Origin: Ignicoccus hospitalis KIN4/I
GTDB lineage: Archaea > Thermoproteota > Thermoprotei_A > Sulfolobales > Ignicoccaceae
Direction of reading: 5' to 3'
DNA length: 32,000 nt
NCBI RefSeq assembly: GCF_000017945.1
Contig: NC_009776.1
Coordinates: forward strand, 900,001 to 932,000
The notes under the pieces were generated by a model. It was not told the DNA's origin, did not search any database, and was given only the letters and a program-made list of their open reading frames with translations. Position numbers and translations under genes: made by a program. This document shows, piece after piece, positions 16,103 to 24,881 of this stretch (positions are counted from its first letter, which is position 1; the number at the start of each line of letters is the position of its first letter).

Positions 16103-18298
16103 GTGAAGTTCGAAATGCTCGAAAGGGGCTCCGCGCCGACGCTGCTACTCATAGGGATTGCCTTATTCATACTTGCCATCATATCCTCGATTATATTTGA
16201 ATTGCTCAGGGTCCACGAGACGCACTCAATTAAGGTCGTCCAAGGCTTGGAGAACTTCGTGCCCTTGAAGGGCTGCGACCTCCACCTCAAGAGTTACAAG
16301 TATACAACCTTGAAAAAGGTAGGAAAGGGGCTCTTGATTTTAACCTTCCTAAAGCCTTCGACTCACATAATAGTAACTGAGAGGTGCCCCCTAGCCGACG
16401 TTACCTACGATATAGAGGTGACGCCCAACGTATACTCCTACGGTCCGGTGTCAGTCAACGTGTTGAAAGTCGGGAGCTACACGAAGGTTATCTTTGGGTA
16501 CGACTGCTCCGGCTGTAAGGTCAAGTACTCGGTCCGGGGAGGGGGAGTGGCCAGCAAGGAGGAGCTCCCCGGGCTGTTGGCCCTCACCGTAGTGGGCAAC
16601 GCGACGATAGAGTTCAAGCTCCTCGACGATAAGGGCTCCCTCAAGGGCTACGCTAAGGTCTATCCCTATAGCGACTCCGACGGGGACGGGCTGAGCAGCT
16701 TCCTAGAGGTTTTGAAGGGTAGCAGCGATAAGAAGGTTGATACCGACGGGGACGGGGTCGGCGACTACGAGGAGGCGGTGGTTTACAACACCGACCCCTC
16801 CAAGCCGGATACGGACGGGGATGGCTTAAGCGACAAGGTCGAGCTCGTCCTCAAGACCAGCCCGACGAGCCCGGACACGGACGGCGACGGCTTGACGGAC
16901 GGCAAGGAGGTCTCCCTCAAGACCGACCCCTGGAACCCGGACTCCGACGACGACGGCCTGAGCGACGGGGAAGAGCTGGTTTACGGCACCAACCCCTTGA
17001 GCCCCGACACGGACAAAGACGGCTTGGACGACGGGGAGGAGGTGTTGAAGTACAAGTGCGACCCCTCCAAGCCGGATACCGACGGGGACGGCCTAAGCGA
17101 TTATAAGGAAGCGAAGCTGGGCACCGACCCCACTTCGGAGGACACCGATAAGGACGGCTTGGACGACGCGAAGGAGCTTTCCTTAGGGACGAGCCCTACT
17201 TCCGCCGACACGGACGGGGACGGGTTGAACGACTCGGAGGAGCTGGAAGCGGGCTTGGACCCGAAGGACCCCGACGTGGACAACGACGGTTTGCCGGACG
17301 GCAAGGAGCTCAAACTGGGCACGGACCCCAAGGACCCGGACACGGACGACGACGGACTCCCCGACGGCAAGGAGGCGAAGTTGGGTTCGGACCCCTTCAA
17401 GGAAGATACCGACGGGGACGGGTTGAAGGACGGGGAGGAGGCGGAGCTCTGCTCCTCTCCCACTTCCTTAGACACCGACGGCGACGGGGTGCCGGACGCG
17501 AAGGAGGTGGAGCTGAAGACCTCCCCGTGCGAAAGGGACACCGACGGCGACGGGCTGGACGACGGAATAGAGCTGAGGCTCGGCACCGACCCCCGGAACC
17601 CGGACACGGACAAGGACGGCCTGCCGGACGGGGCCGACTACAAGCTGGCCGACCCCTTCGACTACGACACTGACGATGACGGCATACCAGACGGGAAGGA
17701 GTACGAGCTGGGCACGGACCCCAAGAGCGGCGACAGCGACCACGACGGCTTGAGCGACCTCGAGGAGCTTCGAATGGGGACCGACCCGACCAGCCCCGAC
17801 ACCGATGAGGACGGCTTGAACGACTACTACGAGTACGAGCGCGGCTTGGACCCTAGGTCCTCCGACACGGACGGGGACGGGTTGGGCGACGGGAGGGAGC
17901 TGGAGTTGGGCACCGACCCCAAGGACCCGGACAGCGACGGCGACGGCGTTCCGGACGGGGAGGACCGGTGCCCGCTGAGCCCGAACGTGGGCGAGGTTAT
18001 CCTAAGGGTCCCCGAGCCCTTCGAAATAGACCGGGCTTGCGTCGAGGGGGAGTGTGACAGCAAGGCCTTTGATAGGGACATATACGTCTTCGAGCTCTCC
18101 TCCAGTCCCCCTGAGGTGTACGTCAAGGCTAAGATAATGTTGTGCAAGTACAGGACGATATTCAACATATGCGTGGACGCCGACTACTGGGGGGTGGAGG
18201 GGCGCGTGGGGAGGGACGAGAGCGCGAACTTGTGCGTCTGGACGGACCTCTTCCGGTACGTGTGCGTTACGGTGACCTACAAGAGCGTCTGTCCGTGA
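16103..18298 (+). CDS. Membrane-anchored protein with about 20 tandem DxDxDG (thrombospondin type 3 / calcium-binding-like) repeats
   Basis: N-terminal TM PTLLLIGIALFILAIISSIIF; 20 copies of D[ST]D(G/K/D)DG(L/V)xDGxExxxGTDPxxP; Cys-containing C-terminal domain. Confidence 0.9.
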   Translation: MKFEMLERGSAPTLLLIGIALFILAIISSIIFELLRVHETHSIKVVQGLENFVPLKGCDLHLKSYKYTTLKKVGKGLLILTFLKPSTHIIVTERCPLADVTYDIEVTPNVYSYGPVSVNVLKVGSYTKVIFGYDCSGCKVKYSVRGGGVASKEELPGLLALTVVGNATIEFKLLDDKGSLKGYAKVYPYSDSDGDGLSSFLEVLKGSSDKKVDTDGDGVGDYEEAVVYNTDPSKPDTDGDGLSDKVELVLKTSPTSPDTDGDGLTDGKEVSLKTDPWNPDSDDDGLSDGEELVYGTNPLSPDTDKDGLDDGEEVLKYKCDPSKPDTDGDGLSDYKEAKLGTDPTSEDTDKDGLDDAKELSLGTSPTSADTDGDGLNDSEELEAGLDPKDPDVDNDGLPDGKELKLGTDPKDPDTDDDGLPDGKEAKLGSDPFKEDTDGDGLKDGEEAELCSSPTSLDTDGDGVPDAKEVELKTSPCERDTDGDGLDDGIELRLGTDPRNPDTDKDGLPDGADYKLADPFDYDTDDDGIPDGKEYELGTDPKSGDSDHDGLSDLEELRMGTDPTSPDTDEDGLNDYYEYERGLDPRSSDTDGDGLGDGRELELGTDPKDPDSDGDGVPDGEDRCPLSPNVGEVILRVPEPFEIDRACVEGECDSKAFDRDIYVFELSSSPPEVYVKAKIMLCKYRTIFNICVDADYWGVEGRVGRDESANLCVWTDLFRYVCVTVTYKSVCP
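16673..17992 (+). repeat. Coding tandem repeat, 20 units of about 22 aa (about 66 nt)
   Basis: First unit DSDGDGLSSFLEVLKGSSDKKV at 16673, last unit DSDGDGVPDGEDRCPLSPNVG ending near 17992; 1320 nt / 20 = 66 nt. Confidence 0.9.
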
Positions 18299-18358
18299 GC
18301 TCCGAGCGCCCACAAACCCTCATAGAGATCCGGTTCGGAACCGGCTTAGGCGAGGCCC

Positions 18359-19921
18359 TTGAACGCGCTTAAGGCCTTCGTTATAATGGTAGCGTTGAGC
18401 GCAATAACCTTGGCACAGCTGAAGGAGGTGAGCGACGGGGTCTGGGCCCTCGAGGTCGAGGGGAAGAAGAGCGTGAAGGTTAAGTTGCGCTTCGAGCACG
18501 AGTGGACCTTCGTGGCCTACACCGAAGAGCTCTGCGACGGCAAGCCCCACTGGCTCTTCCAAGTGATCAAGGACTTCCCGGAGGACATGCCTTGCTTGAG
18601 GGAAGGCGAGCCCCGCTGCCTCAAGGCCTTCACCGGCTCCTCCCCGTTGGCGAGGCCCAAGGAGTGGGTCGTGGTGATGAGAGGGGGAGAGTGGTACTGG
18701 TGCGACGGCTGGAAGAAGGGGGGCTACGCGGAGCTCCACGCGGACGTTGCGCTCCCGAAGGTCAAGCCCCTCTACTTGGTGGTCTCCGCGGCGGAGGTCG
18801 GGGGGTGGAGCGAGTACTCCCAAGCCTTCTACGACGCGTACTTGGTAATAAAGGTGTATGACATAAGCGGCTCCGAGCCAGCGACGGTCAAGGAAGTCTA
18901 CTTGGGCGACGACAACCCCGGCTGGTTGGAGGTAAAGTTAGACCTCTCGAAGTACGCCGGCCACAAGGTGAGGATATCCATAGGCCCCAAGGCAGGGGGG
19001 CACGTGCAAGCTTGCGCGGGCTGCACCGGCACTTGGGACGGCGAGGATGTGGGGATCGACTACGTGGAGATAGTTGACGGAAAGGGGAGGAAGGTGTTCT
19101 TCGAGGGCTTCTCCTTGGAAAGACACAGCCCCCCTCCCGCGGCCGGAGGGGGCTTGGTGGCGCGCTACTCCTTCGACGGCTGCAGCTTGAAGGACTTCAG
19201 CGGCAACGGGCACCACTTGAGGGTTCTCAAGGGCGAGTTCGCTTGCGTCCCGGGCCCCCGCGGGGAGGCCGCTTGGTTCGACGGCTCCACAGCTCTGGCC
19301 AGCGAAGACTTCTCTTGGAGCTCCGACAGCTTCACTATAGTTTACTTGGTCAGGTTCGACAAGCCCTACGAGGGTTGGCTGGTGACCCTCGTGAGGGGGA
19401 AGGACTCCTCCGACTTCGCGGATCCGGGCGAGCACGGCTTCGCCTTGCAGTTCCACGTAAGGGACTACGACAGTGCCGAGATAGAGGCGGTCCCCCACTT
19501 GAGGCTCACCGGCTATGATAGCTACTTCGCGAGGGACTTGGGCGTCACCTTGAAGTTCCGGAGGGGGGCTTGGACCTTCGTCGCGGCCACATACGACGGC
19601 AGCAACTTCGCGCTCTACGTCAACGGCGTCAAGGTGTACGAGGGGTACGTGGGGAAGGTGACTCTCAGCAAGGAGCCCATGCCCTTGCTCTTGGGCTACG
19701 ACCCCCAAGGTTTAACGGAGTACTTAATAGGAGCCTTGGACGAGGTAATGGTTTACGACAGGGCCTTGAGCGAGGGCGAGGTCGAAGCACTCTACCGGGC
19801 GCTCCTCTTCGGCGGAGCCCCTCAAGCGCCCCCGCGCCCCTCCCCGGTGGTCGCCCTCATAACCGGGACCGTGACCATAATCCCGTGGAAACCGGTCACG
19901 GTGACGGTCGTAAGTAGGTAA
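18359..19921 (+). CDS. Exported LamG/concanavalin A-like domain protein (520 aa)
   Basis: Signal ALKAFVIMVALSAITLAQ; LamG-like core GLVARYSFDGCSLKDFSGNGHHLRV...AAWFDGSTAL...FTIVYLVRFD...WTFVAATYDGSNFALYVNGVKVYEG...LIGALDEVMVYDRALSEGEVEALY. Confidence 0.88.
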   Translation: MNALKAFVIMVALSAITLAQLKEVSDGVWALEVEGKKSVKVKLRFEHEWTFVAYTEELCDGKPHWLFQVIKDFPEDMPCLREGEPRCLKAFTGSSPLARPKEWVVVMRGGEWYWCDGWKKGGYAELHADVALPKVKPLYLVVSAAEVGGWSEYSQAFYDAYLVIKVYDISGSEPATVKEVYLGDDNPGWLEVKLDLSKYAGHKVRISIGPKAGGHVQACAGCTGTWDGEDVGIDYVEIVDGKGRKVFFEGFSLERHSPPPAAGGGLVARYSFDGCSLKDFSGNGHHLRVLKGEFACVPGPRGEAAWFDGSTALASEDFSWSSDSFTIVYLVRFDKPYEGWLVTLVRGKDSSDFADPGEHGFALQFHVRDYDSAEIEAVPHLRLTGYDSYFARDLGVTLKFRRGAWTFVAATYDGSNFALYVNGVKVYEGYVGKVTLSKEPMPLLLGYDPQGLTEYLIGALDEVMVYDRALSEGEVEALYRALLFGGAPQAPPRPSPVVALITGTVTIIPWKPVTVTVVSR

Positions 19922-19929
19922 AAAAGATT

Positions 19930-20583
19930 TTAGAGGTACAACACGCCGGCCAGCAACAACACGTCGCTTATTATCCTCAGCACGTACCACGTGTTCAGCA
20001 TCGGGGTCCCCTTCCAAGCCGCGTACAAGGGCAGTATCGCCGCGTACACCAAGAAGCTCAGGCCGAGCAGCAGCCCGCCGAGCACCTTGAGTTTGTAGTA
20101 TATCTGAAAGCCCGCGGCGGCGGCAACCAAGCTCCCGGGGATCAAGAAGACCCACTGGGCCAGCGCGAAGAAGGGGTGCTTCACGTCCTCCGCGACCCAG
20201 ACGCAGTAAAGCCTCAGCGCCAAGAACGCCAAGGCTCCTACCGCAGCGTAAACCTTAACGTATTCCGCTACCTTGCTCTTCAACAAGTCTTTTACGAGCT
20301 GTGATATTACCATCAAGGACAAGGCCATGAAAGACGCCACCAACACGTTCCTCAAGCTCTCGAACACCTTGTAATTGACGTCCTTCACGAACTTAGCCAT
20401 CTCGTAGTTGTACTCTTGCCTTATCCAGCTCAAGACGGTGCCGCCCAGCGTGTGGGCCAAGGCGTAGGTGAGCACCCCGAGCCCGAAGTACAAGGCGGCC
20501 TTGTCCTTGGACTTCGCGTAAAAGTAGAGGAGCGCCGCCGCTATGGCGTACTCTATCAAAGAGCTGACCTCGGCCGCGATCAT
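19930..20583 (-). CDS. Seven-TM hypothetical membrane protein
   Basis: Seven hydrophobic segments over 217 aa; no family recognised. Confidence 0.7.
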   Translation of the reverse strand: MIAAEVSSLIEYAIAAALLYFYAKSKDKAALYFGLGVLTYALAHTLGGTVLSWIRQEYNYEMAKFVKDVNYKVFESLRNVLVASFMALSLMVISQLVKDLLKSKVAEYVKVYAAVGALAFLALRLYCVWVAEDVKHPFFALAQWVFLIPGSLVAAAAGFQIYYKLKVLGGLLLGLSFLVYAAILPLYAAWKGTPMLNTWYVLRIISDVLLLAGVLYL

Positions 20584-20674
20584 GGTCCTTTCAAGAACGT
20601 TCTCTTTATGCCTACTAATTTGGGTATGGTTCCCTTTGCGAAACAGAACGGTACCGGACGGTCAAGGTTGCCGA

Positions 20675-20680
20675 TATATA
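20675..20680 (+). promoter_or_regulatory. Candidate TATA box for the AOR gene
   Basis: GCCGATATATAGAC about 40 nt upstream of TTG 20717, consistent with a short leader. Confidence 0.45.
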
Positions 20681-20716
20681 GACGCGCGCGAAGGCGTAGC
20701 TTGAGGACTGGCGCCC

Positions 20717-22570
20717 TTGAGCGAGTTCAAGCTCCTCCGCGTGAACTTGAGCTCCCAAAAGGTTAGGGAGGAGAGAGTAGACGAGAAGACCTTGAGGAGG
20801 TTCTTGGGCGGAAGGGGGCTGGGCGCCTACTTGGCCTTGAAGGAGATACCCAAGGGCGCCGACCCCCTGGGCCCGGAGAACAAGCTCTTCATCATGTCCG
20901 GCCCCGTAACTGGCACTGCAGAGGGCTTCGAGGCCGGGAGGACCCACTTCGTGGGCAAGAGCCCCCTGACGGGCCTCTTGGGAGAGAGCAACATGGGCGG
21001 GCGCTTCGCCCCTTGGATGAGGTACTCCGGCTACGACGGGATAGTGCTGGAGGGCAAGTCCGACGAGCCCGTCTGGATAAGCGTAATTGATGGGGAGGTG
21101 AAGTTCCACAGCGCCAAGGAGGTTTGGGGGAGGGGCACCCACTACACGGAGTACTACGTGAAGAAGCAGCTAAACGCCAAGCCCAACGAAGGGGCCGTGT
21201 TGGCCATAGGGCCCGCCGGGGAGAACGGGGTCCGCTTCGCCAGCTTGATCCACGCCGGCGGGAGGGCCGGCGGGAGGACGGGCCTGGGCGCAGTGATGGG
21301 CTCTAAAAAGGTCAAGGCGATTTACGTGTACGGCACTAGGAAGCCCGAGGTGGTCGACGAGGAGAGGTTCAAGAAGGGGGTGGAACACCTCAAAGAGAAG
21401 ATAGGCAACCACCCGGTCAAGAAGGCCTTGAACAGCTACGGCACGGCCGTCTTGGTGAACATCATCAACAAGATAGGCGCCCTCCCCACCAAGAACTGGA
21501 GGAAGGGGACCTTCGAGAAGGCCGAAGAGATAAGCGGGGAGAGGATGGCGGAGAAGTACTTGGTCAAGACCAGGGGGTGCTGGGGCTGTCAGATAGAGTG
21601 CGGGAGGCTGGTCAAGACCTACTCCCCGGAGTGGGGAGTGCCGGAGGGCTCCAAGGGGCCGGAGTACGAGACCATATTCGCTATAGGCTCCAACTTGGAG
21701 CTCTCCAACTTGGAGGCCATAATTAGGATAAACCACGTTCTGAACGACCTGGGAATGGATACTATAGAGTTCGGGAACACGGTTGCTGTACTCATGGAGT
21801 TGTACGAGAGGGCCGAAGAGCTCGGCGAGAAGTCCGAGGAACTGAAGAAGCTCTTGGACGGCCTCAGGCCGGTTTGGGGGGTGCCCAACCCGGTGTTGGA
21901 GCTCGCCTACAAGGTCGCCAACAGGGACGGCATAGGCAACGTCATGGCTAACGGCGCGAAGGCCTTGGCGGAGGCCTTCGGCTGCGACTGCGTGGCCGAG
22001 GCGAGGGGCATGAGCTTGCCGGCCTACGACCCCAGGGCTATAAAGGCTATGGCATTGGCCTACGCCACCTCCAACAGGGGAGGGTGCCACTTGAGGGCCT
22101 ACGCGGTGAGCTTCGAGGTGTTAGGCATACCAGTCAAGACCGACCCGCTTGAGGTAAACAAGGAGAAGGCTAAGATGGTGAAGGAGCAGCAAGACTTCTT
22201 CGCCTCCATAGACAGCATGATAGTGTGTAAGTTCAACACCTTCATGACCCCCTCGCCGGAGGACTACGTGGACTTGTTGGCCGGAGTTACGGGCTGGGAC
22301 GTAACTGCGGACGAGATAATGGAGATAGGCGAGAGGATATACAACGTGGAGAGGCTGTTCAACGTCCGCGAGGGCGACCCCGGAGACTACTTGAGCAAGA
22401 GGCTGTTGGAAGAGGCCCTCCCCGACGGCCCAGCGAAGGGGGAGACCGCGAAGGAGGCCTTGGAGGTCATGCTCCCGGCCTACTACGAGTACAGAGGGTG
22501 GGAGGACGGCAAGCCCACAGAGGAGACCTTGAAGAGGTTAGGCCTCCAAGAGTTCCTCTACATAATATAA
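20717..22570 (+). CDS. Aldehyde:ferredoxin oxidoreductase family (tungsten enzyme)
   Basis: LLRVNLSSQKVREE, FLGGRGLGAYLALKEI, GKSPLTGLLGESNMGG, VIGPAGE-like AIGPAGENGVRFASLIHAGGRAGGRTGLGAVMGSKKVKAI, CWGCQIECG, YETIFAIGSNLELSN. Confidence 0.95.
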   Translation: MSEFKLLRVNLSSQKVREERVDEKTLRRFLGGRGLGAYLALKEIPKGADPLGPENKLFIMSGPVTGTAEGFEAGRTHFVGKSPLTGLLGESNMGGRFAPWMRYSGYDGIVLEGKSDEPVWISVIDGEVKFHSAKEVWGRGTHYTEYYVKKQLNAKPNEGAVLAIGPAGENGVRFASLIHAGGRAGGRTGLGAVMGSKKVKAIYVYGTRKPEVVDEERFKKGVEHLKEKIGNHPVKKALNSYGTAVLVNIINKIGALPTKNWRKGTFEKAEEISGERMAEKYLVKTRGCWGCQIECGRLVKTYSPEWGVPEGSKGPEYETIFAIGSNLELSNLEAIIRINHVLNDLGMDTIEFGNTVAVLMELYERAEELGEKSEELKKLLDGLRPVWGVPNPVLELAYKVANRDGIGNVMANGAKALAEAFGCDCVAEARGMSLPAYDPRAIKAMALAYATSNRGGCHLRAYAVSFEVLGIPVKTDPLEVNKEKAKMVKEQQDFFASIDSMIVCKFNTFMTPSPEDYVDLLAGVTGWDVTADEIMEIGERIYNVERLFNVREGDPGDYLSKRLLEEALPDGPAKGETAKEALEVMLPAYYEYRGWEDGKPTEETLKRLGLQEFLYII

Positions 22571-22578
22571 AATTTTAT

Positions 22579-22830
22579 TTACTTGTTGAAGTATAAGGTC
22601 GCCAACACCGCGTATATCGCAGAGGTCGCGGCCGAGGTGGCGCAGGCCCCCGCGCAAGCGGGGCAGCAGAAGAGGCAAGCTAGGTAGCCCCCAAGCCCGC
22701 CGAAGAGCGCGGCGACCGGGGCCCCCTTCGAGAAGGGCCCGGCGAGGCCTAGGGCTTGGGCGAGGAGGAGGGCGGTTAGGAAGCTTAAGGCTAGGGGGAG
22801 CAAGTAGCTCAAGCCCCTCCCTCGCTCCAA
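22579..22830 (-). CDS. Small Cys-rich membrane protein (83 aa)
   Basis: LALSFLTALLLAQALGLAG ... GGLGGYLACLFCCPACAGACATSAATSAIYAVLATLYF. Confidence 0.55.
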   Translation of the reverse strand: MERGRGLSYLLPLALSFLTALLLAQALGLAGPFSKGAPVAALFGGLGGYLACLFCCPACAGACATSAATSAIYAVLATLYFNK

Positions 22831-22877
22831 ACTTTTCTAAGCTTTCGATAATTAGTTAACGTCCCGGAGCTGGGCGC

Positions 22878-24122
22878 TTGGAGGGAAGGAGCTCAGTGCG
22901 GGCCAAGCTTCGCTGCGTCCGGTGCGGGGCCGAGTACGACGTACAGCCCAAGATGTTCTCGTGCCCCAAGTGCGGGGGCTTGCTGGAGGTGGTAATAGAG
23001 CCGGAGGAGCTGCCCCCCTTCTCTGAGTTCACCAAGAGGAGCAGGATGAAGGGGATATGGCGGTTCGCGGAGCTCCTCCCGGTCAAGAGCGGTTCCCCAG
23101 TAACGATGGGCGAGGGCAATACCCCCCTCATAAGGTTGGAGAAGCTGGAGAAGGTGATAGGCGTAAGGAGGCTGTACGCGAAGTTCGAAGGGGCCAACCC
23201 TACGGGCTCCTTTAAGGACAGGGGCATGAGCCTGGCGGTGACCGTAGCCAAGGAGGTTAAGGCCAGAGCGGTTGTGGCAGCCTCCACTGGCAACACGGCT
23301 GCTTCCGCTGCCGCCTACTCGGCCAGGGCGGGGCTCAAGACGTTCTTGATACTCCCGAGCGGCAAGGTGGCCTTGGGCAAGCTGGCCCAGAGCTTGTTGC
23401 ACGGGGCGGTGGTGGTCGAGCTGGAGGGGAACTTCGACGCGGCCTTGGAGGCGGTCAAGGAGCTGGCCAAGATGCCGGAGTTTTACCCGTTGAACTCCTT
23501 CAACCCTTGGAGGCTCGAGGGTCAGAAGACCTTGGCCTTCGAGCTGTTCGAAGAAATAGGGGTCCCGGACGTGGTCGTGGTGCCCGTGGGCAACGCGGGC
23601 AACATATCCGCCATATGGAAGGGATTCAAGGAGTTGAAGGAGTTCGGCTACTCCGAGGCCTTGCCCAAGATGGTCGGGGTCCAAGCGGAGGGGGCCTCGC
23701 CCATAGCCTCCGCCTTCAAGGCCGGGCTGAACGCCCCGCTCTTCACCGACTCGCCCGAGACCGTGGCCACTGCAATAAGGATAGGGAAGCCCGTGAACTG
23801 GATGAAGGCTTGGAAGGCCGTGACGGAGTCCGGGGGAACCTTCGAGGTAGTTTCGGACTCTGAAATCATAAGGGCCCAAAGGCTCCTCGCGAGGGAGGAG
23901 GGCGTGGCGGCCGAGCCGGCGGGCGCGGCGAGCTTGGCCGGGGTGGTGAGGCTGGCCTCTGAGGGCTACTTCAACGGGGACGAAGTGGTAACCGTGGTGG
24001 TCACGGGCCACGGGCTGAAGGACCCGGACAGCGTGAAGTTCCACCCCGCGAACAAGCTGACGGCCTTGAACGTAGAGGACGCGGTGGAGAAGGTCGTAAG
24101 CGCGTTGAAGGTGGTCGCTTGA
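22878..24122 (+). CDS. thrC: Threonine synthase
   Basis: CVRCGAEYDV..FSCPKCGGLLEV zinc ribbon; PLSxxGNTPL-like TMGEGNTPLIRLEKLE; GANPTGSFKDRGMSLAV; ASTGNTAASAAAYSARAGL; VVPVGNAGNISAIWKGFKE. Confidence 0.93.
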   Translation: MEGRSSVRAKLRCVRCGAEYDVQPKMFSCPKCGGLLEVVIEPEELPPFSEFTKRSRMKGIWRFAELLPVKSGSPVTMGEGNTPLIRLEKLEKVIGVRRLYAKFEGANPTGSFKDRGMSLAVTVAKEVKARAVVAASTGNTAASAAAYSARAGLKTFLILPSGKVALGKLAQSLLHGAVVVELEGNFDAALEAVKELAKMPEFYPLNSFNPWRLEGQKTLAFELFEEIGVPDVVVVPVGNAGNISAIWKGFKELKEFGYSEALPKMVGVQAEGASPIASAFKAGLNAPLFTDSPETVATAIRIGKPVNWMKAWKAVTESGGTFEVVSDSEIIRAQRLLAREEGVAAEPAGAASLAGVVRLASEGYFNGDEVVTVVVTGHGLKDPDSVKFHPANKLTALNVEDAVEKVVSALKVVA

Positions 24123-24881
24123 GGCCTCCCAAGCTCTTCCTCCTCCTCTCCTACGCGCTGATCTTCGCTTCCCTCCTCTCCGGCCCCCTCTTCTGGGCCC
24201 TCTTCGCCTCCGGCGCGCTCCTCGCAGTCCTCTCCTACGCGGCCTTGGTCCTAGAGCTTAAAGCGGAGGTCAAGTGGAGGGAGCTGGAGCTGGCCTCCCG
24301 AAGGGTGGAGTCCCTTGCTGGTGGGCCTTCCCGAGGGCTTGGAGGGCTATCGGGTCCTAGAGAGGGTGGACGTGATAGTCCTCGGGGAATTCGAGGGGGA
24401 GAGAGAGCTGGAGCTGAGGGCGCTCTTGGAGGTGTTAGAAGGGGTGGGGACGAGGAGGGTTAGGACCCCGTGGGCGGGCGAGGGCTTGGTGATACCGCCG
24501 TGGAGGAAGAGGAGGGACTGGAGGACCAAGCTTTTGCCCTACGAGGTCGAGGGGGACTTCGAGCTGTTGCTCTGGTTTCAAAGCCCCCACCCGTGCGGAG
24601 GGGTGCCGGACATCATGATATCCCCTCCCCCCTGGGAGCTCAAGGGAGGGGTGCTCAAGTTCTCCGGCTCCCCCGCTTGGAGGCTCCCCCAAGAGCCCTT
24701 GGGGTGGAGGCCGGAGGTCGTGGTGGAGGTGAAGAGGAGGCCTAAGAGCTGCAAGAAGTACCTTGCCCCGGTGAGGATAATGGCGGTGCAAGAGCCGGGG
24801 GAAGCGGAGGGCTGGGAGGTGGTTAGGTTAGGGGAGCTGGGGAGGAGGGTGAGGGAAGTGTTAGAAGAGCGTTGGCACTAG
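24119..24881 (+). CDS. Membrane protein and downstream hypothetical, either two genes overlapping by about 149 nt (24119-24463, 24315-24881) or one frameshifted gene
   Basis: 24119 frame has two TM helices then LKAEVKWRELELASRRVES; a -1 nt change in CCC 24312-24314 fuses it to LLVGLPEGLEGYRVLERVDVIVLGEF...EERWH*. The original frame's tail is G/R-rich and out-of-frame-like. Confidence 0.5.

Noticed and set aside
17101-17613. 170 aa Ser/Pro-rich minus-strand ORF
   Set aside because: Antisense read-through of the DxDxDG repeat array; its apparent repeats merely mirror the coding repeats.
18938-19708. 256 aa minus-strand ORF opposite the LamG gene
   Set aside because: Antisense shadow of a clear plus-strand protein.
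21170-22090. 306 aa minus-strand ORF opposite the AOR gene
   Set aside because: Antisense shadow; biased composition and no domain, while the plus strand has clear AOR motifs.
22893-24044. 383 aa minus-strand ORF opposite thrC
   Set aside because: Shadow ORF of a high-GC coding sequence; no recognisable domain, His/Arg/Gly/Leu-biased composition. thrC on the plus strand is unambiguous.
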